The notes beneath the pieces were generated by a model. The model made no database searches and was not told the DNA's origin. It saw only the letters and a list, made by a program, of their open reading frames with translations. The translations under genes were made by a program, and so were the position numbers. From Actinomycetes bacterium (GTDB lineage Bacteria; Actinomycetota; Acidimicrobiia; Acidimicrobiales; RAAP-2), in NCBI GenBank assembly GCA_021799615.1, contig JAJZAC010000001.1, forward strand, positions 462 to 64,461: a DNA stretch of 64,000 nucleotides, in the 5' to 3' direction. Below are positions 46,042-54,477 of this stretch, in pieces (the first letter of the stretch is position 1; every line of letters begins with the position of its first letter).

Positions 46042-47034
46042 ATGCCACAGGTGCAGACGGTGCGGGGTCCGGTGGACGGTGCGGCGCTGGGTACGACGTA
46101 CATGCACGAGCACGTCTTCGTGCTGACCGCCGACGTCCAGCAGAACTACCCGGGCGAATGGGGCGACGAGGAGGCGCGCATCGACGACGCGGTGGCCAAG
46201 CTCGCCGCGCTCGCCGCCCAGGGCGTCTCCACCATCGTGGATCCCACGGTGATCGGGTTGGGCCGGTACCTGCCCCGCATCGTCCGGGTGGCCGAGCGGG
46301 TTCCCCAGCTCAACATCGTCGTGGCCACCGGGTGCTACACGTACGACAGCGTGCCGTTCTTCTTCCACCACCGGGGCCCGGCGCTGAACGCCGTCCTCGG
46401 CACGGAGGTGCCCGATCCCATGGTGGACCTGTTCGTGGCCGACATCGAGGAGGGGATCACGGGCACCGGCGTACGAGCCGGCATGCTGAAGTGCGCCATC
46501 GACGCCGAGGGGATGACCCCCGGGGTGGAACGGGTCATGCGGGCGGTGGCGGCGGCGCACCACCGCACCGGCGTTCCGGTCACCGTGCACACCCACCCGG
46601 GCAGCCGGACCGGCCTGGAGGTCCAGCGTGTGCTGTGCGACGAGGAGGGCGTCGACCCGCGCCGGGTGGTCCTCGGTCACAGCGGCGACTCCACCGACGC
46701 AGACCACCTGGCCACGCTGGCCGACGCCGGGTTCATCCTCGGCATGGACCGGTTCGGGATCAACCTGGGCATCACCTTCGAGGAGCGGTGCGACATCGTG
46801 GTGGAGCTGTGCCGTCGGGGGTTCGCCGGCCACCTGGTGCTGTCGCAGGACGCCGCCTGCTACATCGACTGGATCGACCCGAACGTGCTGGCCTTCATGC
46901 CCCAGTGGCACTACCTGCACGTCCACGACGACGTCCTCCCGTACCTGCGGGCCCATGGGGTGACCGAGGACCAGCTCGACGCCATGCTGGTGACGACACC
47001 CCGCCGGGTCCTCGAAGGGCCGGCGGGGGCCTGA
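46042..47034 (+). CDS. Phosphotriesterase-family hydrolase (PTE-like lactonase type)
   Basis: TYMHEHVF (HxH), IVDPT, VTVHTH, VLGHSGD, LSQDA: an amidohydrolase-fold binuclear metal ligand set. GGGAGGGA Shine-Dalgarno-like motif upstream. Confidence 0.8.
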   Translation: MPQVQTVRGPVDGAALGTTYMHEHVFVLTADVQQNYPGEWGDEEARIDDAVAKLAALAAQGVSTIVDPTVIGLGRYLPRIVRVAERVPQLNIVVATGCYTYDSVPFFFHHRGPALNAVLGTEVPDPMVDLFVADIEEGITGTGVRAGMLKCAIDAEGMTPGVERVMRAVAAAHHRTGVPVTVHTHPGSRTGLEVQRVLCDEEGVDPRRVVLGHSGDSTDADHLATLADAGFILGMDRFGINLGITFEERCDIVVELCRRGFAGHLVLSQDAACYIDWIDPNVLAFMPQWHYLHVHDDVLPYLRAHGVTEDQLDAMLVTTPRRVLEGPAGA

Positions 47035-47157
47035 CGCCCGCCCGGCTCCCGGATCGGGGCCCGCCCGCCGGAGCCGGGGGAACGGAACCGCGTCCTCAGG
47101 GTTCCCTCAGGCACCGTTCATCTGCGGTTCAGGTTCCTCTGGGACCATGATGGGGTC

Positions 47158-49566
47158 ATGGAGCTCCCCGGAACGGTCATGCCCGCCGCGCCCGGGGACG
47201 TCGGCGGGGTGACCCTGGGCGAGCTCGGTGCAGCCGTCCCCGGGTCGGTGTGCCTGGGCGAGGCCCGGCTCACCGGCGTCACCATGCGGGCCGAGGCCGC
47301 CCGACCCGGCGACCTCTATGTCGCCGTGCCCGGTGCCGGTGTCGACGGCCACGACCTGGCGGCCACGGCCGTCGCCCGGGGCGCCACCGCGCTGGTGGTG
47401 GAGCGGCGCCTGCCGCTGGCCGTCCCGCAGCTCGTCGTCCCGTCGGCCCGGGCGGCCGCCGGTCCGGTCTCGGCGCTCGTCCACGGCGAGCCGGCCCGGG
47501 CCCTCGCCCTGGTCGGGGTCACCGGGACCAACGGGAAGACCACGACGTGCGAGTTGACCCGCGCCGCCCTCGAGGCGGCCGGCCGGCCGGCCGGGCAGAT
47601 CACCTCGACGGGTGCCATCGTGGCCGGGCGTCTGGTCGCCCCCACCTCGCTCACCACGCCCGAGGCCCCCGAGCTCCAGGCGGACCTGGCCACCATGGTG
47701 GCCAGCGGGGCCTGGGCCGCCGCCGTGGAGGTCTCCTCCCACGGATTGGAACAGGGGCGCGTCGGCGGGATCGTCTTCGACGTGGCCGTGTTCCTCGGCC
47801 TCACGCCCGAGCACCTCGACTTCCACGGCGACATGGAGAGCTACTGGCGGGCGAAGGCCCGCCTGTTCCGCCCCGAACAGTGCCGCCGGGCCGTCATCTG
47901 CGTGGACAGCCCCTGGGGACGCCGTCTGGCCGACGAGTGCGAGGTCCCCGTCACCACGTTCGGGACCGGTGCCGACGCCGACGTCCGCCTCTCGGTCCGG
48001 TCCCGGGGACTGGCGGGAATCGAGGTGACCCTGGCCGGAACCGAGGGCATGCAGGCGGTCCAGTCGCCGGTGGTGGGCCGGGTGAACGCCACCAACGTGG
48101 CCGCCGCCTACCTCGCCGCCGGGGCGGTCGGGGTGGACGGACAGCTGGCCGCCGGGGCGTTGGCCCGGGCGGGCGCACCGAGCGGACGGTTCGAGGTCGT
48201 GCCCGATGCGGACCGCCTGGTGGTGGTGGACTACGCCCACACGCCCGATTCGCTCGCCGCCCTCATCGCCACCGCCCGTGACGTCACCCCGGGACGTGTC
48301 CACCTGGTGTTGGGCGCCCGCGGCGACCGCTACCGGGAGAAGCGGCAGGGCATGGCGGCGGTGGCGACGACAGCCGACGTCGTCGTCTTCACCACGGACA
48401 GCCCCGGTAGCGAGGATCCGGCTGCACTGGTCGACCAGCTGCGGCGGGCGGCGCCCGACGGGGCAGCCGAGGTGCGCATGGAGGTCGATCGGGCCGCGGC
48501 CATCGAGGGTGCCGTGGCGGCAATGGACCCGGGGGACACGTTGCTCGTCACCGGCAGGGGCAACGAGCAGTCGCAACGGTTCGGCGCCCGGACGGTGGCG
48601 CTCGACGACCGGGTGGTGGCCGGGTTCGCCCTTGGCGCCCACCCGACCCGACCCGAAGCGGCGGGTCGCCCCGGTCCCGTCGGGGTGGTCATCCCCGCTC
48701 ACGACGCCGCCACGACGCTCGCTGCCGCCGTGCGGTCCGTCCTGGCCCAGTCGGTGCCGGTCGCGGAGATCGTCGTCGTCGACGACGGTTCCTCTGATGG
48801 GACCGCCGCCGTGGCCAGGTCCTTCGGCTCCCGGGTGACGGTGGTGCAGCAGCCGTGCGCGGGGCCGTCGCGCGCCCGAAATGCCGGCATCGCCCGGATC
48901 GCGTCCCCCTGGGTCGCCTTCCTCGATGCCGACGACGAGTGGGCGCCCGACAAGCTCGAACGCCAACTGCGGGTCGTGCGGGAAGACCCCGGGGTCCTGC
49001 TGGTGGCCTCGGAATGGCAGCGTGACGACGCCGGCGCCGATCCCGTGCACGCTGGCGCCGGTCCGGTGTCGCCGGTCCCGCTGTCCCAGCTCGTGCTGCT
49101 CAACCGGTTCCAGACATCCACCGTGCTGGTCCGGCGGGATGCGCTGTGCCGGGCCGGCGGCTTCGATCCGCGCCTCGACGGCGCCGAGGACTGGGACCTG
49201 TGGGTCCGGCTGGCCCACCTGGGCCGGATCGTCAAGGTCGACCTGCCCCTGGTCCGCTACACGGACGTGGCCGACGGGTACAGCAAGGACCTGGTCCGCC
49301 ATCACCGGGCTGCGCTCGAGGTCGTCCGGCGCGAGGTGGGTCAGGACGGCCGTTTCCGGGACCGGCAGGTCGAGGCGTGGCACCACCTGCGGTTCGCCGT
49401 CGCCTTCCGGTTGGTGGGGCAGCGGGACGAAGCGCGCACCAGCCTCCGGTCGGCGCTTGCACCCCGCCTGGCAGCGGCAACGCTCGTCGCCGGACCGCGT
49501 TACCTCGTGCCGTTCCTCGGCCGGCGGGTGCGCCATCGGGTGGCGGGGCGGAGCGCCAGCCGCTGA
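47158..49566 (+). CDS. Fusion protein: MurE-like Mur ligase (about residues 1-495) plus family-2 glycosyltransferase (about residues 505-802)
   Basis: Single 802-aa ORF without an internal stop. Ligase part: VTGTNGKTTT, EVSSHGL, DYAHTPDSL, GARGDRYREKR, TTDSPGSEDP (in place of the MurE DNPR motif), TGRGNEQ. GT2 part: VGVVIPAHDAATTLAAAVRSVLAQS, VVDDGSSDGT, FLDADDEW. Confidence 0.8.
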   Translation: MELPGTVMPAAPGDVGGVTLGELGAAVPGSVCLGEARLTGVTMRAEAARPGDLYVAVPGAGVDGHDLAATAVARGATALVVERRLPLAVPQLVVPSARAAAGPVSALVHGEPARALALVGVTGTNGKTTTCELTRAALEAAGRPAGQITSTGAIVAGRLVAPTSLTTPEAPELQADLATMVASGAWAAAVEVSSHGLEQGRVGGIVFDVAVFLGLTPEHLDFHGDMESYWRAKARLFRPEQCRRAVICVDSPWGRRLADECEVPVTTFGTGADADVRLSVRSRGLAGIEVTLAGTEGMQAVQSPVVGRVNATNVAAAYLAAGAVGVDGQLAAGALARAGAPSGRFEVVPDADRLVVVDYAHTPDSLAALIATARDVTPGRVHLVLGARGDRYREKRQGMAAVATTADVVVFTTDSPGSEDPAALVDQLRRAAPDGAAEVRMEVDRAAAIEGAVAAMDPGDTLLVTGRGNEQSQRFGARTVALDDRVVAGFALGAHPTRPEAAGRPGPVGVVIPAHDAATTLAAAVRSVLAQSVPVAEIVVVDDGSSDGTAAVARSFGSRVTVVQQPCAGPSRARNAGIARIASPWVAFLDADDEWAPDKLERQLRVVREDPGVLLVASEWQRDDAGADPVHAGAGPVSPVPLSQLVLLNRFQTSTVLVRRDALCRAGGFDPRLDGAEDWDLWVRLAHLGRIVKVDLPLVRYTDVADGYSKDLVRHHRAALEVVRREVGQDGRFRDRQVEAWHHLRFAVAFRLVGQRDEARTSLRSALAPRLAAATLVAGPRYLVPFLGRRVRHRVAGRSASR

Positions 49567-49719
49567 GGGCGGGGCGCGCCCGGCGCCCGGGACCACGGCA
49601 CGACAATCCTGCTGCCCGACCCCGGCGAGCGCTACAGGCTCGGGGTGTCCCGTCCGATACTCACGGTATAGCCAGTGCCATTGCCGTGATGTAGGTCCAC
49701 CCCGGAAGGGGCAACCACG

Positions 49720-51078
49720 ATGTCTCGCAGCAGGCGGAACGTGAAGATCACGCGCGGGCGCCGCCTCCGGCGGCGGCGCTGGTGGTCGGCCGCGCCGGCG
49801 GTCCTGGGCGCCCTGGCCGTCGTCGTCACCCTGGCCGCCCCACCGGCGTGGGCCGCCGGTGACCCCTCGCTCGATGCCGACGTCGTCACCCAGCCCGTTC
49901 CGGGCTGGGCTCCCGAGGCCATCTCGCCGACGGCGATCTCCGCCCTGCAGCGGGACGCCGCCCAGATCGGGATCGTGAGCAGCGCCACCATCGCCCTGCA
50001 GGCCTGGCGATCCCCGACGGGAGATGCGGCGCTCGAGATCATGCTCATGCACATCCCCACGTTCACGCCACAGGTATCGCAGATGCCCCAGGCGTTCGTC
50101 GACGGCGCCTGCCAGGTCCCCGTGCACGGGGGGAGCGACGTGCTCCTGGTCCCGCTGGCCGTGCCGGCGGGCGCGTTCAGCGCCTCGTGCACGGTGCCCG
50201 CGGCCTCCGGTCCGCTGGACGAGAACCTGGTGGTCACCGAGACCCGGTCGACCTTCGTGGCCGTCGCCAGCATCGGCCGCTCGCCACTGCCCGGCGCCGC
50301 GCTGGTGCCGATCGCCAGCGCCCAGATCGACCGGCTGCCCGTCCCGCCGCCGCCGTACCCCCTCATCCTCGCCGTCGGTGTCGTCATGTGGCTGGCGTCC
50401 TTCGTCGCCGGGCTCCTCATCCGGCGGGAACCCCGCCTGGCCGGTGGTGCCCTCCTCGTCCTCCTGACCGGGGTGGTCGGCTTGCCGCTGTACCTACTGG
50501 GTGTGCGCGTCGGGCGCGCCGCCGGGCGGCGTTCGCACCAGCCGGCGGTCGGCGGCTTCGGCTTGGCGATGGCCGGTGGGATGCCCGGTCCGTGGGCACC
50601 GGCGCACGATCCGACGCCGGCGACGCCGGGCATCGCGCCGGTGGCCGCACCCTACGACCCGGCCCGGTTCGAGCGGTTGCAGGCGGCCCAGGAGCACGCC
50701 ATGGCGGCACCGGCGCTGCCGACGCTGGGTGGTGGCCCGGCGGTCGCACCGGCGGGGCAACCCGGCGGCCTCCCACCCCTCGGCGCCGGTGTGGTTGCCC
50801 CGGCCCACGGTGGCGGCCTCCCACCCCTCGGAGCCGGTGTGGTTGCCCCGGCCCACGGTGGCGGCCTCCCACCCCTCGGCGCCGTCCCCATCCCGGCGCG
50901 CCGACCGCCGCCGGCGGCCGATCCCGCCGTCCCCGTCCCGGCGGTGGTGCCGTCAGCCGCTCCCGCCGGTTGGTACCCGGACGAGCGGGAGGATGGCGCC
51001 AAGATCTACTGGGACGGGACGTCCTGGGGGACCCGGATCAGGTGGAGCGGGAACGCGTGGATCCCGATCGGGCCGTGA
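49720..51078 (+). CDS. Membrane protein with extracytoplasmic N-domain, two TM segments, Pro-rich repeat region and C-terminal DUF2510-like motif
   Basis: Arg-rich signal (RRLRRRRWWSAAPAVLGALAVVVTLAAPPAWA), TM segments LILAVGVVMWLASFVAGLL and LLVLLTGVVGLPLYLLGV, repeats GGLPPLGAGVVAPAH, C-terminus GWYPDEREDGAKIYWDGTSWG. GGAAGGGG motif upstream. Confidence 0.7.
   Translation: MSRSRRNVKITRGRRLRRRRWWSAAPAVLGALAVVVTLAAPPAWAAGDPSLDADVVTQPVPGWAPEAISPTAISALQRDAAQIGIVSSATIALQAWRSPTGDAALEIMLMHIPTFTPQVSQMPQAFVDGACQVPVHGGSDVLLVPLAVPAGAFSASCTVPAASGPLDENLVVTETRSTFVAVASIGRSPLPGAALVPIASAQIDRLPVPPPPYPLILAVGVVMWLASFVAGLLIRREPRLAGGALLVLLTGVVGLPLYLLGVRVGRAAGRRSHQPAVGGFGLAMAGGMPGPWAPAHDPTPATPGIAPVAAPYDPARFERLQAAQEHAMAAPALPTLGGGPAVAPAGQPGGLPPLGAGVVAPAHGGGLPPLGAGVVAPAHGGGLPPLGAVPIPARRPPPAADPAVPVPAVVPSAAPAGWYPDEREDGAKIYWDGTSWGTRIRWSGNAWIPIGP
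50764..50883 (+). repeat. About 2.5 tandem copies of a 48-bp in-frame coding repeat (GGLPPLGAGVVAPAHG)
   Basis: Units at 50764-50811 and 50812-50859 differ by one base. A partial third copy follows. Confidence 0.85.
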
Positions 51079-51118
51079 CGGGCGGGGCCGGGGCCGGGCC
51101 GTGCCGGGCCTGCGCTGG

Positions 51119-51562
51119 TCAGCGCAGGAGGTGGGCGACGTCGCCGACCAGCAGCACCACGACCATGGTGGCGATCACCGCGTACAGGGCGGTGAACGCC
51201 CATCGCTTGTGGTGGTTGGCCAGCCAGAACCGTCGTACACCCTTCACGTCGAAGACGAGGGCGACGATCCCGATCGGGATGCCGATCACCGGGCCGACGG
51301 AGCTGGCCGCACCAACCAGCGGCAGCACGATCGGCAGGATGACGTACCCGAGGATGCAACGGGTGGCCGACAGTGCGATCGACGTGGAGAACAGCCGCTG
51401 CATCGAGCTCTGGTCGACGCGAGGACGTTGCTCGGGCACGCACAGCAGCCGACAGACGACGTTGTCGGCCCGGCTGCGGGTGACCAGGACCGGCTCGGCA
51501 GTGACGACGCCGGGCCGCACGGCGGCGGCCGCGGTCACCTCTCCGGGCAGCAGGTCTTCCAT
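51119..51562 (-). CDS. Small hydrophobic membrane protein of unknown function
   Basis: C-terminal roughly 90 aa form three TM segments (ILGYVILPIVLPLVGAA, VIGIPIGIVALVF, FTALYAVIATMVVVLLVG). Start at ATG 51562 or ATG 51403. The rest of the 745-aa track ORF is a shadow of plus-strand genes. Confidence 0.55.
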   Translation of the reverse strand: MEDLLPGEVTAAAAVRPGVVTAEPVLVTRSRADNVVCRLLCVPEQRPRVDQSSMQRLFSTSIALSATRCILGYVILPIVLPLVGAASSVGPVIGIPIGIVALVFDVKGVRRFWLANHHKRWAFTALYAVIATMVVVLLVGDVAHLLR

Positions 51563-51691
51563 CGCCACCAAGCGTAGGGCGCCGGGGCGCCGCGCTCCAG
51601 TCGCCCCCTCGCGACACCCGGGGGGCGCCGGCTCGCGGTGGGGAAGGTGGCAGTACCGCGCGAGGGAGGATGCCAGGGAGAGGAGATCGGG

Positions 51692-52129
51692 ATGACGATT
51701 GAGTGCAGGGATGGCGCCGTGGTGACCGGGCAGGTGGCCCGGGTGTTGGAGTTCTTCGAGACGTGGAAGACGCGTGATCCCGACCGGTTGGCCGAGTTCT
51801 TCGCCGCCGATGCCACGTGGACGGAGTCGAACCGGGATCCCGCCGTCGGGCGCGACACGGTGCGGGCCGTGCTCGGGGTCCAGACGTCGTTCGGTCGGGC
51901 CTTCGAATTCGAGTTCCTCACCATCGGTGAGGTGGGCCGGACCGTCTTCACCGAGCGCATCGACCGGTTCATCATCGCCGAACGGCCGGTGAGCATCGGT
52001 GTTGCTGGCGTGTTCGAGTTCGACGACGACGGACGGATCACCTCGTGGCGGGACTACTACGACTGGGCCCTCTTGCGCCGGGAGCTGCACGCCGCCGGCA
52101 TCGACACCACGTCCGTGGACCGGGGCTGA
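51692..52129 (+). CDS. SnoaL/limonene-1,2-epoxide-hydrolase-like NTF2-fold protein
   Basis: ATG at 51692 after GAGGAG. VLEFFETWKTRDPDRLAEFFAADATW ... VAGVFEFDDDGRITSWRDYYD fits the LEH/SnoaL pattern. Confidence 0.65.
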   Translation: MTIECRDGAVVTGQVARVLEFFETWKTRDPDRLAEFFAADATWTESNRDPAVGRDTVRAVLGVQTSFGRAFEFEFLTIGEVGRTVFTERIDRFIIAERPVSIGVAGVFEFDDDGRITSWRDYYDWALLRRELHAAGIDTTSVDRG

Positions 52130-52199
52130 CGCGGCCGTCGAGGCCGGAGCGGGCGGACCCCGGCACGTCACCGGCGCCCGTCGGGTACGGTCGCCGACC

Positions 52200-53030
52200 G
52201 TGACCACACCGCCAACCACCGGGTTCCCGGGAGCACCGCCGGTCGTCGCCGGCGCGCTGTGGGTGGTCGACCTGGACGGCGTCGTGTGGCTTGCCGGAGC
52301 GCCGATCGGGCCGGTGGGGGAGGCGATCCACCGCCTGCGCGCCCGGGGAGTCACCCTGGTCTTCGCCACCAACAACTCCGCCCCCACGGCGGTTGAGCTG
52401 GCTGCCCGCCTGGCGCGAGCCGGCGTGACGGCGTCACCCGACGAGATCGTGTCGTCGGCCCAGGCCGTCGGCACGCTGCTCCCGGCTGGTTCGACCGTCC
52501 TGGTGGCCGCGGACGCCGGCGTGGCCGAAGCGGTCGCCGCTGCCGGGGCACGCAGGGTGGACGAGGGTCCGGCCGACGTCGTCGTGGTCGGGTGGACGCG
52601 CCAGTTCGACTTCGACCTGGTGGCTCGGGCGGCCGACGCCATCCGCCGCGGGGCTCGCTTCATCGCAACCAACCTGGACCCGACACACCCGACGCCCGGC
52701 GGGCTGCTGCCGGGTACCGGCGCGCTGGTCGCCGCCGTGGCCACGGCGGCGGGAACCGCGCCGGAAGTGGCGGGCAAGCCGCACGCGCCCATGGCCTCGT
52801 TGCTCCGCTCCCGCATGGCTGCCCTCCCGCCGGGGGCGCCGGTCGTGGTGGTCGGCGACCAGTTGGCGACGGACGGCGCCCTGGCCGCCGCCCTCGAGGC
52901 GCCATTCGCCCTCGTCGCCTCGGGCGTGTCGTCGGCCGACGCGACGGACGGCCAGATCCCCGTAGCATGGCGGTCGGTTGACCTCGTCTCCCTGGTGGAG
53001 GAGGCGTTGCGAGGCGATCCCGCCGGGTGA
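52200..53030 (+). CDS. HAD-IIA family phosphatase (NagD-like)
   Basis: LWVVDLDGVVW (DxD), TLVFATNNS, VAGKPH, VVVGDQLATD. Same position relative to tlyA as the HAD phosphatase in Mycobacterium. Start uncertain (GTG 52200). Confidence 0.75.
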   Translation: MTTPPTTGFPGAPPVVAGALWVVDLDGVVWLAGAPIGPVGEAIHRLRARGVTLVFATNNSAPTAVELAARLARAGVTASPDEIVSSAQAVGTLLPAGSTVLVAADAGVAEAVAAAGARRVDEGPADVVVVGWTRQFDFDLVARAADAIRRGARFIATNLDPTHPTPGGLLPGTGALVAAVATAAGTAPEVAGKPHAPMASLLRSRMAALPPGAPVVVVGDQLATDGALAAALEAPFALVASGVSSADATDGQIPVAWRSVDLVSLVEEALRGDPAG

Positions 53031-53060
53031 GCACCCGTCTCGGCGGCTCGTGGAAGGTGC

Positions 53061-53089
53061 TTGCTATCAGCTAGCACCCCAGCTAGGAT
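53061..53089 (+). promoter_or_regulatory. Near-consensus sigma-70-type promoter (-35 TTGCTA, 17-bp spacer, -10 TAGGAT) predicting a leaderless transcript starting at ATG 53096
   Basis: TTGCTA at 53061-53066, TAGGAT at 53084-53089, 6 nt (ggcaca) before the ATG and no Shine-Dalgarno motif. It overlaps an imperfect inverted repeat GGTGCTTGC-N5-GCTAGCACC. Confidence 0.55.
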
Positions 53090-53095
53090 GGCACA

Positions 53096-53638
53096 ATGAC
53101 GAAGAAAGACGCATTCCGCCGGTACCTCGACGCAGGGTCGGCGTTCACGCAGATCACCCGCACCCGGGCCGAGGAGCTGGTCCAGGAACTGGTCAAGAGC
53201 GGCGCCCTCCAACGCAAGGAGGCGAAGGCGAGGGTCGACGAGCTCATCGAACGGAGCCGCAAGAGCAGCGAACAGCTGATCCAGGTGGTCCGGGACGAGG
53301 TCGCCTCCCAGATGTCCGCCCTCGGCATCACCAGCATCGAGGACGTGGCCCGCCAAGTCGCCGTCCTGCTCAACCGGTCGACCGATCTCGTGCGCGGACA
53401 GGCCCCGGCCGCCAAGGCACCGGCGAAGAAGGCCCCGGCGAAGAAGACGGCCGCCGCCAAGGCACCGGCGAAGAAGGCCCCGGCGAAGAAGACGGCTGCC
53501 GCCAAGGCCCCGGCGAAGAAGACGGCCGCCGCCAAGGCGCCGGCGAAGAAGGCACCGGCGAAGAAGACGGCCGCCGCCAAGGCACCGGTCGCCACGCCGG
53601 CACCCCAGCCGCCGGCGACCCCGGAGACCTCCGCCTGA
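53096..53638 (+). CDS. Phasin-like (COG3937-type) helical N-domain fused to a Lys/Ala/Pro-rich histone-H1-like repeat tail; candidate nucleoid-associated protein
   Basis: N-terminal FRRYLDAGSAFTQITRTRAEELVQELVKSGALQRKEAKARVDELIERSRKSSEQLIQVVRDEV. C-terminal AAKAPAKKAPAKKTA-type repeats, like the tails of actinobacterial HupB/HU and eukaryotic H1. Confidence 0.7.
   Translation: MTKKDAFRRYLDAGSAFTQITRTRAEELVQELVKSGALQRKEAKARVDELIERSRKSSEQLIQVVRDEVASQMSALGITSIEDVARQVAVLLNRSTDLVRGQAPAAKAPAKKAPAKKTAAAKAPAKKAPAKKTAAAKAPAKKTAAAKAPAKKAPAKKTAAAKAPVATPAPQPPATPETSA
53407..53590 (+). repeat. Tandem in-frame approximately 45-bp coding repeats encoding (A)AKAPAKKAPAKKTA units
   Basis: The string gccaaggcaccggcgaagaaggccccggcgaagaagacggccgccgcc recurs about four times, with one shortened unit. 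Confidence 0.8.
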
Positions 53639-54477
53639 GCGGCAGCGCCCGGCGCCGGTTGGATCGGGTCCTGGTCGAGCGGGGACTCGCCGGCAGCCGC
53701 GTGCAGGCTGCCGACCTGGTCGAGCGCGGCCTTGTCGTCGTGAGCGGCGCCCCGGCCGCCAAGCCGTCGCGGCTGGTCGGACCGGGCGAGCCGGTCGCCG
53801 TGCGGGAGCCCGACAGGTACGTGGGCCGCGGCGGGCGCAAGCTCGAAGCGGCCCTGGCCCGCTTCGGGATCGATCCCCGCGGGCTGCGCTGCCTCGACGC
53901 CGGCGCCTCGACGGGTGGGTTCACCGACTGCCTGCTCCAGCATGGTGCCCGGGCCGTGGCGGCCGTCGACGTCGGTCACGGCCAGCTCCACCAGCGGCTG
54001 CGCACCGACGGGCGGGTCGAGGTGTGGGAACGGACCGATGTGCGGTCGATCGGGCCCGAGGTGGTCGGCGCCGCACCGTTCGACCTGGTCGTGGCGGATC
54101 TCTCGTTCATCTCGGCGACGGCGGCGGCACCCGTGCTCGCCGGTCCGGCGGTGGCGCCGGCCGCCCCGATCATCCTCCTCGTGAAGCCACAGTTCGAAGC
54201 GGGGCGTGCGGCCGTATCGCGGGGTCGGGGCGTCGTACGCGATCTGGAGCTCCACCGGCGGGCCATCGTCGCCGTCGGGACCGCGCTCGCCGACGCCGGA
54301 GCGGGCATCATGGGGGTGATGGCGTCACCCGTACCCGGACATGCCGGGAACCGCGAGTACTTCCTCCATGCCACCGCACCTGCTCCCGGTCGCCACCGCC
54401 AGGATGCCGTCGATGCCGGCACCCTGGCCCGCTGGGCCTCCGATGCCGTGGACGAGGTCGCCCGTGCCGGGAGCTGA
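53635..54477 (+). CDS. tlyA: TlyA-family rRNA (cytidine-2'-O)-methyltransferase
   Basis: S4-like N-terminus RRRLDRVLVERGLAGSRVQAADLVERGLVVVSG, then FtsJ-like CLDAGASTGGFTDCLLQHGA. No ATG or GTG precedes the conserved RRRL. The only in-frame candidates are CTG 53635 (overlapping the upstream TGA) or TTG 53659 (which would truncate the S4 motif). Confidence 0.85.
   Translation: MSGSARRRLDRVLVERGLAGSRVQAADLVERGLVVVSGAPAAKPSRLVGPGEPVAVREPDRYVGRGGRKLEAALARFGIDPRGLRCLDAGASTGGFTDCLLQHGARAVAAVDVGHGQLHQRLRTDGRVEVWERTDVRSIGPEVVGAAPFDLVVADLSFISATAAAPVLAGPAVAPAAPIILLVKPQFEAGRAAVSRGRGVVRDLELHRRAIVAVGTALADAGAGIMGVMASPVPGHAGNREYFLHATAPAPGRHRQDAVDAGTLARWASDAVDEVARAGS

Noticed and set aside
51119-53356. 745-aa minus-strand ORF
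   Set aside because: Only the last approximately 147 codons (three TM segments) look genuine. The remainder is antisense to the SnoaL-like, HAD and phasin-like genes.
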